64,000 nt of DNA from assembly GCA_041752695.1 (NCBI GenBank), contig JBGSVZ010000028.1, forward strand, positions 11,299 to 75,298, written 5' to 3'. The stretch is from Terrimicrobiaceae bacterium. Its GTDB lineage: Bacteria; Verrucomicrobiota; Verrucomicrobiia; Chthoniobacterales; Terrimicrobiaceae. Positions 1-7,916 of this stretch are shown in pieces (within the stretch, counting starts at the first letter, position 1; the number at the start of each line of letters is the position of its first letter). The notes beneath the pieces are model-generated. The model saw only the letters and a program-made list of their open reading frames with translations. It did not search any database and was not told the origin of the DNA. A program made the translations under genes and the position numbers.

Positions 1-1
1 C

Positions 2-1282
2 AGTGTCATTCGGGAGGCCGGCTGGAGTGCGTTGTTGCTCATGGGGGCGGTGGTGCTGGCGGTTACGGGGGTGGAAGCCTTGTATGCGGATATGGGGCAT
101 TTCGGTCGTCCGGCCATTTCCCGGGCCTGGCATACGGTCGCGCTGCCGGCCTTGCTCCTGAACTATCTCGGGCAGGCGGCGATGGTGATGAGCGATCCGG
201 TCGCCTTCCAGGCGAAGGATCCCTTTTTCCTGATGGTCCCGGCCGGCCTACCGACGTTGCTGCTGGTGATCTTGGCCACGGTGGCCACGGTGATTGCCTC
301 GCAAGCGTTGATCTCGGGGGTGTTCTCACTGACGGCGCAGGCGCAGGAGCTGAATTATTTTCCCAAGTTCCTCGTCATGCACACCAGCCGCAACGAGCGC
401 GGCCAGGTGTATGTCCCGACGACAAACTGGCTGCTGGGTTTCATCTGCATCCTGCTCGTGCTGACCTTTCGCTCCAGCGACAACCTCGCGTCGGCGTATG
501 GTCTCGCGGTGGTGGGGACGATGGTCATTACCACGCTCTCCCTCTTTTTGGTCACGCGGCGGTGCTGGCACTGGCCGCTCTGGCAGTCGGTGGGGCTTAC
601 GGGGGGGCTGCTGGTCATTGAAATTCCGTTTCTCGTGGCCTGTCTGACCAAGCTGCCCGACGGGGGATATTTTCCGCTGCTGATCGCGGGTGTTCTCCTC
701 GCCATCATGCTCACCTGGCACATCGGGCGGGCGATCATTCTGGAGCACATGCGGGAGTGTCCCTCCTCACCGGCGGAACTGGCCTCGCGGCTGGAAAACG
801 AACCCGCCCTGCGTGCTCCGGGACAGCTTGTTTTTATCACGACGAACCGCCAACCTCGCTACGCCGTGGCCCGCGCCTTTGAATCGCTGCGGCGAGGGGG
901 GGCACTGCGGGAGCAGGTGATTTTGATGAGCCTGGTCAATGCGATGGAGAGCGATGTGGACATGCCGCGCTGTGTCGAGGTCGAGCGGCTGGGTGAGCAT
1001 CTCTGGCATGTCACGGCCTTGCACGGATACATGCAGGAACCCCACGCCCCGGAGATTCTCGAACAAGCCCGGCTGATCAGCCAGGGGGCGATCCGGGCCG
1101 GGGGGCATGACACTTTTTTTGTCCTCGGCCGGGAACTGATCGTCGAATATGTCGGCCATCGACTGGCCCGCTGGCGGAGGGGGCTTTTTGGGTTTCTCAG
1201 CCGCAATGTGAGTTATGCGCCGGATTATTTTTACATCCCGCACTCCCAAATCATCGAATTTACCTGGATGATGCGCGCTTGA
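2..1282 (+). CDS. kup: KUP/HAK/KT potassium transporter (5'-truncated by the window edge)
   Basis: Kup signature GAVVLAVTGVEALYADMGHFG, plus ATVIASQALISGVFS and ASAYGLAV; the frame is open from position 2. Confidence 0.93.
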   Translation, partial: SVIREAGWSALLLMGAVVLAVTGVEALYADMGHFGRPAISRAWHTVALPALLLNYLGQAAMVMSDPVAFQAKDPFFLMVPAGLPTLLLVILATVATVIASQALISGVFSLTAQAQELNYFPKFLVMHTSRNERGQVYVPTTNWLLGFICILLVLTFRSSDNLASAYGLAVVGTMVITTLSLFLVTRRCWHWPLWQSVGLTGGLLVIEIPFLVACLTKLPDGGYFPLLIAGVLLAIMLTWHIGRAIILEHMRECPSSPAELASRLENEPALRAPGQLVFITTNRQPRYAVARAFESLRRGGALREQVILMSLVNAMESDVDMPRCVEVERLGEHLWHVTALHGYMQEPHAPEILEQARLISQGAIRAGGHDTFFVLGRELIVEYVGHRLARWRRGLFGFLSRNVSYAPDYFYIPHSQIIEFTWMMRA

Positions 1283-1333
1283 TGCTTCCCAAGCCGCGTG
1301 GTTCCCGTTAACAGCGCAGCTCAACTCTCCATC

Positions 1334-2062
1334 ATGGCCAAAGACCGCATCCGCCTCGACGATCTCGACCAAGCCAAATCGCTGGAACAGGAGGAATACA
1401 AACGCCTTCTGAAAAAATCCCAGCTCGAGCTCCTCAACGCCCAACTCGTCCTCCGCGAGAAAAAAAAATCTGTCATTATTGTGGTCGAAGGACCCGACGC
1501 CGCCGGCAAGGGCGGCGCCATCAAGAGGGTTACCGAACGCCTCGATCCCCGGCTGGTGCGGGTATACTCGGTGGTGAAGCCCACCCCGGAAGAATACCAA
1601 CATCACTACTTATGGCGGTTTTGGACGAAGCTTCCCCCCTACGGGCAGCTCGCGATTTTCGACCGCTCCTGGTACGGTCGCCTTCTCGTCGAACGGGTGG
1701 AAAAATTTTGCACGGAGGTGGAATGGAAACGGGCCTACCGCGAGATCAACGAATTCGAGCGCCAGTTGACCGACGATGGGGCGATCATTTTGAAATTTTT
1801 CCTCCACGTCACCAAGGACGAGCAGCTTGTCCGGTTCCGTCGGCGGGAGGCGGATCCCTACAAACACTGGAAGATCAGTGACGAGGATTGGCGGAATCGC
1901 GACCATTGGAACGAACACAATGTGGCTGCCGAGGATATGTTTGAAAAAACGTCCACCGACGAAGCGCCGTGGATTGTCATTCCTGCGAACTTCAAATGGT
2001 ACGCCCGTGTGAAGGTGGTCAAGGCCGTGGCCGAACGGTTGACGCGCGTGCTGAAGTTGTAA
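1334..2062 (+). CDS. ppk2: Polyphosphate kinase 2 family protein
   Basis: Walker A EGPDAAGKGG, FDRSWYGR, WKISDEDWRNR; ATG at 1334 chosen over the upstream GTG at 1298. Confidence 0.92.
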   Translation: MAKDRIRLDDLDQAKSLEQEEYKRLLKKSQLELLNAQLVLREKKKSVIIVVEGPDAAGKGGAIKRVTERLDPRLVRVYSVVKPTPEEYQHHYLWRFWTKLPPYGQLAIFDRSWYGRLLVERVEKFCTEVEWKRAYREINEFERQLTDDGAIILKFFLHVTKDEQLVRFRRREADPYKHWKISDEDWRNRDHWNEHNVAAEDMFEKTSTDEAPWIVIPANFKWYARVKVVKAVAERLTRVLKL

Positions 2063-2068
2063 AAGAAT

Positions 2069-2120
2069 GGGATGCGAGGGCCCGCATCCCTCCATGGAGC
2101 GGCGCGGGCCCTCGCGCCCC
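2069..2120. repeat. REP doublet, head-to-head (TGGAG-tagged palindrome family)
   Basis: GGGATGCGAGGGCCCGCATCCCTCCA (2069-2094) then TGGAGCGGCGCGGGCCCTCGCGCCCC (2095-2120), between convergent genes. Confidence 0.88.
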
Positions 2121-2137
2121 CATATTGGAAGGCGGCG

Positions 2138-2662
2138 CTACAACCGCGCGTCGGGCGCGGTCGTGACGTGTACAACGGTGACGCCATCGGTTCGCAGCGC
2201 GGCGTCGATGGCCCGTGCGGCAATCTCGGCGCCGATTTGATCGGTGAGTTTGAGATAGGCTTTCGCGCTTTGCACGGTGGCGGTGCCCCTCACGGAATCT
2301 GGCAGCCCCGGCACCTTTTTGAGTTGTCCACGGAGGCGGCTGAGGACGATGGCGTCCTCAAAAAGACCTCCCGGCGAGTGGCGGGGAGTGCCGGACAGGC
2401 AGAAGACCAGGCTTTCCTTTCCGGTCTCGATCAAGGTGCCGGCGCGCACGAATTGGGAAATTTCCTCCGTGCGGGACGCCGCCTTCACCGTCGGATCCTG
2501 TGCGACGAGGGAAATGGGGCGGGGGACAAGTGTGCGTTCGACCTTGCGCTCCGGAGTCGTTGCCACCGGGGCCGGTGGAGTCTTTTGGACCGAAGCGCAT
2601 GAACTGAGCAGAGCAAGGCCGGCCAGGGAGAACGCGCATCGAATCCAGAATCTTGACGGCAT
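2138..2662 (-). CDS. Putative lipoprotein, possible BON-like C-terminal domain
   Basis: Lipobox LLSSC after a hydrophobic stretch; C-terminal EDAIVLSRLRGQL...AIDAALRTDGVTVV resembles BON. Confidence 0.65.
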   Translation of the reverse strand: MPSRFWIRCAFSLAGLALLSSCASVQKTPPAPVATTPERKVERTLVPRPISLVAQDPTVKAASRTEEISQFVRAGTLIETGKESLVFCLSGTPRHSPGGLFEDAIVLSRLRGQLKKVPGLPDSVRGTATVQSAKAYLKLTDQIGAEIAARAIDAALRTDGVTVVHVTTAPDARL

Positions 2663-2791
2663 AGTGTTTCTGATGGCGTGACAGGGAGCGCTGGAAAACT
2701 CAAGCCGCGAGACGGGAAATCGTCGTAAGTGCCCGTTCCATTCCTGTGGCAAAACGCAGTTTTCGTCCCTATGGTCCCAAGTTTGTAAGCA

Positions 2792-3484
2792 ATGGAACCA
2801 ATGCTCCCATCCGGTGAAACCCCGGCTTCTGCTCTATCGGGCAATCTGAAGGTCAACGAAATTTACCTCTCGGTGCAGGGCGAGAGTACGTGGGCCGGAC
2901 TCCCCTGCGTTTTCCTCCGTCTTACGGCCTGCGACCTGCGCTGCACCTACTGCGATACGGAATATGCCTTTTACGAAGGCCAGCGGAAGAGCGTCGCGGA
3001 GGTCTGGGAGGCGATGCTTGCTTATGATGTCCCGCTGGTGGAAGTCACCGGGGGAGAGCCGCTTCTGCAAAAGAATATTCTGCCCCTGATGACGGCCCTG
3101 TGCGACGCGGGGAAAACGGTCTTGATTGAAACCAGCGGTGCTCATGACATTTCGCGGATTGACCCCCGGGTTCATCGCATCATGGATCTGAAAACGCCTT
3201 CCAGCGGCGAGTGTGCGCGGAATCTTTTTTCCAATATCTCCCATCTGACCGAGCGCGATGAGGTGAAGTTTGTCCTCGGGTCGCGCGAGGATTACGAATG
3301 GACGCGCGAGCAAATCCTCACCCGTGGCCTGGCGGCCCGGGTTCGGGCCGTCCTGCTCAGCCCGATTTTCGGAAAAATCGAGCCGCGCCAGATCGTGGAC
3401 TGGATGCTGGAGGACAAGCTGCCCGCGCGTTTTCAACTGCAAATGCACAAATTTATTTGGGAACCGCGCGCCCGCGGCGTATAA
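2792..3484 (+). CDS. queE: 7-carboxy-7-deazaguanine synthase (radical SAM)
   Basis: EIYLSVQGE, CDLRCTYCDT (CxxxCxxC), VTGGEPLLQ, QLQMHKFIW; adjacent to queD. Confidence 0.92.
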   Translation: MEPMLPSGETPASALSGNLKVNEIYLSVQGESTWAGLPCVFLRLTACDLRCTYCDTEYAFYEGQRKSVAEVWEAMLAYDVPLVEVTGGEPLLQKNILPLMTALCDAGKTVLIETSGAHDISRIDPRVHRIMDLKTPSSGECARNLFSNISHLTERDEVKFVLGSREDYEWTREQILTRGLAARVRAVLLSPIFGKIEPRQIVDWMLEDKLPARFQLQMHKFIWEPRARGV

Positions 3485-3492
3485 ACGGCCGA

Positions 3493-3855
3493 GTGAAAGC
3501 CCGCCTCGCCAAAGACTTTTTTTTCGAATCCGCTCAAACCCTGCCCCATGTGCCGGCTGGCCACAAATGCGGTGGGATGCATGGGCACAGTTTCAAAATT
3601 GAGATCGTGGTCGAAGGGGAGGTGAATGCGGAGACTGGCTGGATTTACGACCATTCCCGCATCAGTCGGGCCATCGAGCCGCTGATTGATCGGCTCGACC
3701 ACAAATATCTCAACGAGGTTCCTGGACTGGAAAATCCCACCATCGAACTCATGGCGGCTTGGTTTTGGGCAAAGCTCGCCCCGCAGCTTCCGGGTCTGGC
3801 CGAGATCGTCCTTCACGAAACGCCCACCGCCCGCTGCATTTACCGCGGCGAGTAG
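3493..3855 (+). CDS. queD: 6-carboxy-5,6,7,8-tetrahydropterin synthase
   Basis: KCGGMHGHSF, LDHKYLNEVPGLENPT, ETPTARCIYRGE closely parallel E. coli QueD; GTG start 9 nt after the queE stop. Confidence 0.92.
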   Translation: MKARLAKDFFFESAQTLPHVPAGHKCGGMHGHSFKIEIVVEGEVNAETGWIYDHSRISRAIEPLIDRLDHKYLNEVPGLENPTIELMAAWFWAKLAPQLPGLAEIVLHETPTARCIYRGE

Positions 3856-3859
3856 GGGT

Positions 3860-4846
3860 ATGAAACGTATTTTTCGCCGCAAACTTGCGTTCATTTTTCT
3901 AGGCGTTGCGGCGGTATTCGTGGGAGCTTTGATTCTGGTTCCGATCATGCGTCCGCCCTACACCCACCAGATTCCGCAGCCGCCGCTCTCTTTTGAGGCT
4001 GCGGTGGCGGAAATTCGCCGGGAGATCGCGGCCACGCCGGCCAGCGTGATCCCGGAGGGCAGGACCATCTTGCTCGAACACGGACGGCCGACCGAAAAGG
4101 TTTTTGTGCTCATGCATGGGTTGTCCAACTCCCCGGCGCAATTTCTGAAATTCGGCACCCAGCTTTACGAGCGTGGTCACACGGTTCTCATCCCGCGTCT
4201 GCCCTATCACGGTGAGGAGGATGTGATGACCGAGGAATGGGCGGATCTCACCGGGAAGGACATGCTGGACACGGCCAATCGTTCGGTGGATCTCGCGCGC
4301 AGCCTGGGGTCCAGGGTGACGGCGGCGGGTCTCTCGATCAATGGCACAGCCTGTACTTGGCTGGCGCAAAACCGCTCCGACCTTCACCGGAGCGTGATCA
4401 TGGCCCCGTTTCTCGCCCCGGCGGGCCTGCCCTTTTGGGCCGCGCGTCCGATGGAACGGGCCTTGCTGCGCCTCCCCAACATGTTTTTTTGGTGGGATCC
4501 CCGGAAAAAAGGCAAGGTCCAGCGCCCACCGTATGCCTACCCGCGGTTCCCGACGCATGTGATTGCGGAGACCATGCACCTGGGCTCCGAGGTTTATGCC
4601 CAGGCGCGGGAAAAGGAGGCGGTTTGTCCCTCGATCCTCGTGGTGACCTCGGCCTCGGACCTCGCCGCCAGCAATGCCTTCACCGCCCGACTCGTCGCTG
4701 CGTGGGAGCAAAAGCGCTCCTCGGGAATCACGGCCTACCAATTTCCCGCCAGCGAAAAGGTGCCGCACGATTTCATCGACCCTAACCAATCCAACCAGCA
4801 GGTCGAAATTGTGTATCCCCGGCTCATTGAGATGCTCGAGAAATAG
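3860..4846 (+). CDS. Membrane-anchored alpha/beta hydrolase (esterase/lipase-like)
   Basis: N-terminal TM helix; HGLSNSP oxyanion region; nucleophile elbow variant GLSING; late Asp (SASD) and His (VPHD). Confidence 0.75.
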   Translation: MKRIFRRKLAFIFLGVAAVFVGALILVPIMRPPYTHQIPQPPLSFEAAVAEIRREIAATPASVIPEGRTILLEHGRPTEKVFVLMHGLSNSPAQFLKFGTQLYERGHTVLIPRLPYHGEEDVMTEEWADLTGKDMLDTANRSVDLARSLGSRVTAAGLSINGTACTWLAQNRSDLHRSVIMAPFLAPAGLPFWAARPMERALLRLPNMFFWWDPRKKGKVQRPPYAYPRFPTHVIAETMHLGSEVYAQAREKEAVCPSILVVTSASDLAASNAFTARLVAAWEQKRSSGITAYQFPASEKVPHDFIDPNQSNQQVEIVYPRLIEMLEK

Positions 4847-4947
4847 GGAAAAGGCCTGCGGGCCGTGGGTTTTGTAATGCAAAGGAATTGCATGTAAGGG
4901 GAAAAACCGGTTGCGGGAGCCGGATTGCTCTCTAGGTTTTCCAGCCC

Positions 4948-5439
4948 ATGATGAGAAAGATCCTCACTTTATCGGTCGCCGTGTTCGGGGCAAACGTTCC
5001 CGCGCAGGCTTCCCTGAGCAAATCCGAGCCAATGGGGCCGCGGATTGAGAAAGTCCGGACGACGGCCTACACCTATGGGGCCGCCGAAAATGGGGCCCAC
5101 CCCACATCGAACGCCATCGGCAAACCTTTGCGGGCGGGAAAGGTGCGGAGTGCAGCCGCGGATTGGTCCCGCTGGCCGCTCGGCACCCGTTTCCGGGTGG
5201 TGCAGACGGGCCAGGAATATGTGGTGGACGATATCGGAAGTGCCATGGTGGGCACAGGCACGATCGACCTTTTTAAGCCCAGTCATCGCGAAATGGACCG
5301 TTGGGGAGTGCGCAGGGTGACTATTGAGATCCTCGAGTGGGGCTCTGCGGAAAAAAGCCTCCAGATTCTTTTGCCCCGCAAAAAATTCCGCCATGTCCGC
5401 GAGATGGTGGAAGACTTGCTCGATCAGCGTGCGGCGTGA
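4948..5439 (+). CDS. Secreted 3D (Asp-Asp-Asp) domain protein
   Basis: Signal peptide; RTTAYT, AAADW..WPLGTRF, VVDDIGSA, TIDLF, WGVRRVTIEIL pattern. Confidence 0.82.
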   Translation: MMRKILTLSVAVFGANVPAQASLSKSEPMGPRIEKVRTTAYTYGAAENGAHPTSNAIGKPLRAGKVRSAAADWSRWPLGTRFRVVQTGQEYVVDDIGSAMVGTGTIDLFKPSHREMDRWGVRRVTIEILEWGSAEKSLQILLPRKKFRHVREMVEDLLDQRAA

Positions 5440-5524
5440 GTGAAGGGAGGCGGCCAGGGCCAGCCTCCCTCCGGTAAATTCATTTTCCTTAAGAGCGTCT
5501 ACAGATGCGGATTTTTGGGAAAAA

Positions 5525-5577
5525 TGGAGGGATGCGTGCTCTCGCATCCCAGGGTGCCGAGGGCCCGGCACCCTCCA
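5525..5577. repeat. REP doublet
   Basis: TGGAGGGATGCGTGCTCTCGCATCCC (5525-5550) and GGGTGCCGAGGGCCCGGCACCCTCCA (5552-5577); a more divergent copy lies at 5445-5472. Confidence 0.88.
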
Positions 5578-5597
5578 GTTGCATTTTTAGACCCGCT

Positions 5598-6245
5598 TTA
5601 AGGCGCGAGGTAGGCGGGCTCGCGAGGCGGGTCCTGCGGCGACGTTTCTTCGTCGGGAGAAAGCGCTCCCTCCCCGCCGTCTTTCTGCAGAAAGACGGTC
5701 GTTCCGGCCCAGAATTTCTCTCTAATCTTGATGAAAATGGTTTCTCCGGGATCGGAATCGCTCACGTTGCCGAAGAGGAAATTGTCGAAGCCGATGGACT
5801 TCGCGTCTTCTTCCGTGAGGTAGCCGTTGTCGACCAGGCGCTGTTCGAGCTCCGCAGAGGTCGTAATCCCGGCATCGGCCGGCCAGCCCAAAGATTTGTC
5901 CTCCTTGCTCGCGCCGTCGGAGACCATCTGGACCACCGCGGTGTGAATTTTCTGCGCCCCGGCCACCTGCACGCTGAGTTTCAGAACGGATCCTCCGATC
6001 ATGATGTAAAAGACAATGGAGAGAATCGAGAGGATAAGGCCGATGTATCCAAGAATAAGCCCCGCGAGAGCGAGTCCGTTTCCGCTCAACAAGCCTTGGG
6101 ATTTCCGGATCTTGCCCCGGGCGATGTGTCCGCACGCCACGGCGGCGATGGGAGGAAGGAAAAGCGGGCAGCAGAGGCCGAGCAAACCGAGGATCAGGCT
6201 GGTGACGGCGAGTCCCGAGGTCTTCTGTAAGGCAGGCAGATTCAT
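5598..6245 (-). CDS. DUF4190-like membrane protein
   Basis: TSGLAVTSLILGLLG...AVACGHIARGKIRKSQGLLSGNGLALAGLILGY is the DUF4190 pattern. Confidence 0.8.
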   Translation of the reverse strand: MNLPALQKTSGLAVTSLILGLLGLCCPLFLPPIAAVACGHIARGKIRKSQGLLSGNGLALAGLILGYIGLILSILSIVFYIMIGGSVLKLSVQVAGAQKIHTAVVQMVSDGASKEDKSLGWPADAGITTSAELEQRLVDNGYLTEEDAKSIGFDNFLFGNVSDSDPGETIFIKIREKFWAGTTVFLQKDGGEGALSPDEETSPQDPPREPAYLAP

Positions 6246-6339
6246 GGTGTCCCCAGCGATAGCCGACAGGGTGGGCCAGGGCAAGGCGGGAATCCCGCTT
6301 GATTGGCCGTCCGCGCCCGGCGAGTCTGCCGGCGAACTT

Positions 6340-6987
6340 ATGAAACTCCAAAATCAGGCCAAGTTAGTGATGATTGGCGACTCCATTACGGACGCAGACC
6401 GCAAGCGGCCGGAGGGGGAGGGCCTCTTCGGCGCTCTGGGACGCGGATATGTCGCGCAAATTGACGCCCTGCTGCAGGCGGCGTATCCCGAACGTCTGAT
6501 TCGCGTGGTCAATCAGGGCGAGTCGGGGAACACCGTGCGGAGCCTCCAGGCTCGCTGGCAGCGCGATGTGCTGGACAAACATCCCGACTGGCTCTCCATC
6601 ATGATCGGGATTAACGATGTGTGGCGTCAGTTTGACCTTCCCTGGCAAACGGAGGAACACGTGCTTTTGCCGGAATATGCTGCAACCTTGGAAGACCTGA
6701 TTCGGCAGGCGCGCCCGCACGTTCAGGGGCTTGTCTTGATGACGCCGTTTTTCATCGAGCCGAATCGTGGCGATGCCATGCGGGCGCAAATGGATCGATA
6801 TGGGGACGTGGTCCGTGAACTGGCGGAAAAATACGACGCGGTTTTTGTGGATGTGCAGGCGGCCTTTGAGGAAATGCTCCACGCGGTCCATCCCGGCGCT
6901 GTGGCTTGGGATCGCATCCATCCCACCCAGGCGGGACATATGGTCATCGCCCGGGCGTTTCTCAAGGCGTTGGACTTCGCCTGGTAG
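6340..6987 (+). CDS. SGNH/GDSL hydrolase (acetylxylan esterase-like)
   Basis: GDSITD, NQGESGN, GINDVW and DRIHP blocks. Confidence 0.92.
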   Translation: MKLQNQAKLVMIGDSITDADRKRPEGEGLFGALGRGYVAQIDALLQAAYPERLIRVVNQGESGNTVRSLQARWQRDVLDKHPDWLSIMIGINDVWRQFDLPWQTEEHVLLPEYAATLEDLIRQARPHVQGLVLMTPFFIEPNRGDAMRAQMDRYGDVVRELAEKYDAVFVDVQAAFEEMLHAVHPGAVAWDRIHPTQAGHMVIARAFLKALDFAW

Positions 6988-7135
6988 GAAAACGCCAGGA
7001 AAAAAGGGGGCGGTTACCTCCCGCCCAACGGCGCCCCGTGGGGTTGAAGAAAAAAAGGAGAGCGGGAGGGAAATGGATCGTTGCGTAAATTGTTGTTTAA
7101 CCTTACCCTTTACCCAACGAGAGGGTCGCCCTCCT

Positions 7136-7600
7136 ATGAAAGCTCGGACAGTACTTCTTCTTCTGACAGCTTTCTCGCTGTTTTCGACGGATCTTTTGGG
7201 ATCCCCTTCGGAGGCACGGGTGAGAAAAAACATCGAAAATCTTCTACGCAACCCGATGTCTGAGTCGGCACGGGAAGCGGGTGCGCAGATCATCGAATTT
7301 GCGGGAAAAAGTCCCGACTACCATATTGAGCTTAAAGTTGGGTACATGCCCTGGGTCAAAGACCGTGGGCTCCCTCAAGGGAGCCAGATTTTGCTGGCCG
7401 CGTTTGTTGCGGGCAATCTTCGTGAGCAGATGCAAAAGAACTCGTCGCGACCTGAGCCCTATGCGGGTGTGATGGCCGCGCTCGAGGTGTATGAAAAGAT
7501 GAAACGCGACGATGCCGATTTCCGCATCGCTCCCGCGGAGACTTTTCTCGCCATGAGACGGCAGGGAACCCTCCGGGCGCACATCGCGTCCGTGCGCTGA
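7136..7600 (+). CDS. Hypothetical secreted protein
   Basis: Signal peptide MKARTVLLLLTAFSLF; fills the intergenic gap. Confidence 0.7.
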   Translation: MKARTVLLLLTAFSLFSTDLLGSPSEARVRKNIENLLRNPMSESAREAGAQIIEFAGKSPDYHIELKVGYMPWVKDRGLPQGSQILLAAFVAGNLREQMQKNSSRPEPYAGVMAALEVYEKMKRDDADFRIAPAETFLAMRRQGTLRAHIASVR

Positions 7601-7615
7601 GGGACGGGATCCTAA

Positions 7616-7676
7616 GGCACCGAGGGCCCGGTGCCCTCCATTCGTCGGTTTTGGAGGGTTGCGGGCTCTCTCAACC
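7616..7676. repeat. REP doublet, head-to-head
   Basis: GGCACCGAGGGCCCGGTGCCCTCCA (7616-7640) and TGGAGGGTTGCGGGCTCTCTCAACC (7652-7676). Confidence 0.85.
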
Positions 7677-7711
7677 TTCCCCAGATCACCGCGGCTCTCT
7701 CCACCTAGCTC

Positions 7712-7870
7712 TCACGCTTTGGCCAACTGCTCCCGCAGGCGGCGGATCTCCACCAGAAAAGAGGCCTCGTCGCGGGTCAGGCGCGATCCGGGCAGGGGAA
7801 GTTCCAGTTGCTGGCAGACGGGACGGGTCTTGCGGGCGGCGTTGCGGAAGAAGGTCTGGATGTTTTTCAT
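7712..7870 (-). CDS. Unannotated 52-aa protein with a QLELPL clamp-binding-like motif, divergent from the WYL gene
   Basis: Hand translation: MKNIQTFFRNAARKTRPVCQQLELPLPGSRLTRDEASFLVEIRRLREQLAKA*; fills the gap between a REP doublet and the operator; below the 60-aa cutoff of the ORF track. Confidence 0.65.
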   Translation of the reverse strand: MKNIQTFFRNAARKTRPVCQQLELPLPGSRLTRDEASFLVEIRRLREQLAKA

Positions 7871-7896
7871 AACGCTCTTGACTCTGCGGCATGGGG

Positions 7897-7916
7897 TAAG
7901 ACATTCGATGTCCTAT
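7897..7916. promoter_or_regulatory. Putative WYL-regulator operator (GAC-N7-GTC inverted repeat)
   Basis: TAAGAC-ATTCGAT-GTCCTAT; minus strand reads ATAGGAC-N7-GTCTTAC, similar to the Caulobacter DriD site ATACGAC-N7-GTCGTAT; lies between the divergent small ORF and the WYL gene. Confidence 0.65.

Noticed and set aside
2792..3855. queE-queD as part of a 7-deazaguanine DNA-modification (dpd) defence island
   Set aside because: No dpdA/tgt-like, queC or folE genes are nearby and the context is housekeeping. tRNA queuosine synthesis is the simpler reading.
4877..4893. Palindrome ATGCAA-AGGAA-TTGCAT upstream of the 3D-domain gene
   Set aside because: Only 6-bp arms, a single occurrence and no regulator to assign; it could be chance.
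7000..7026. A-run plus GGGCGG...CCGCCC hairpin resembling a minus-strand terminator
   Set aside because: No adjacent minus-strand gene ends here and the stem is short, so it cannot be supported as a feature.
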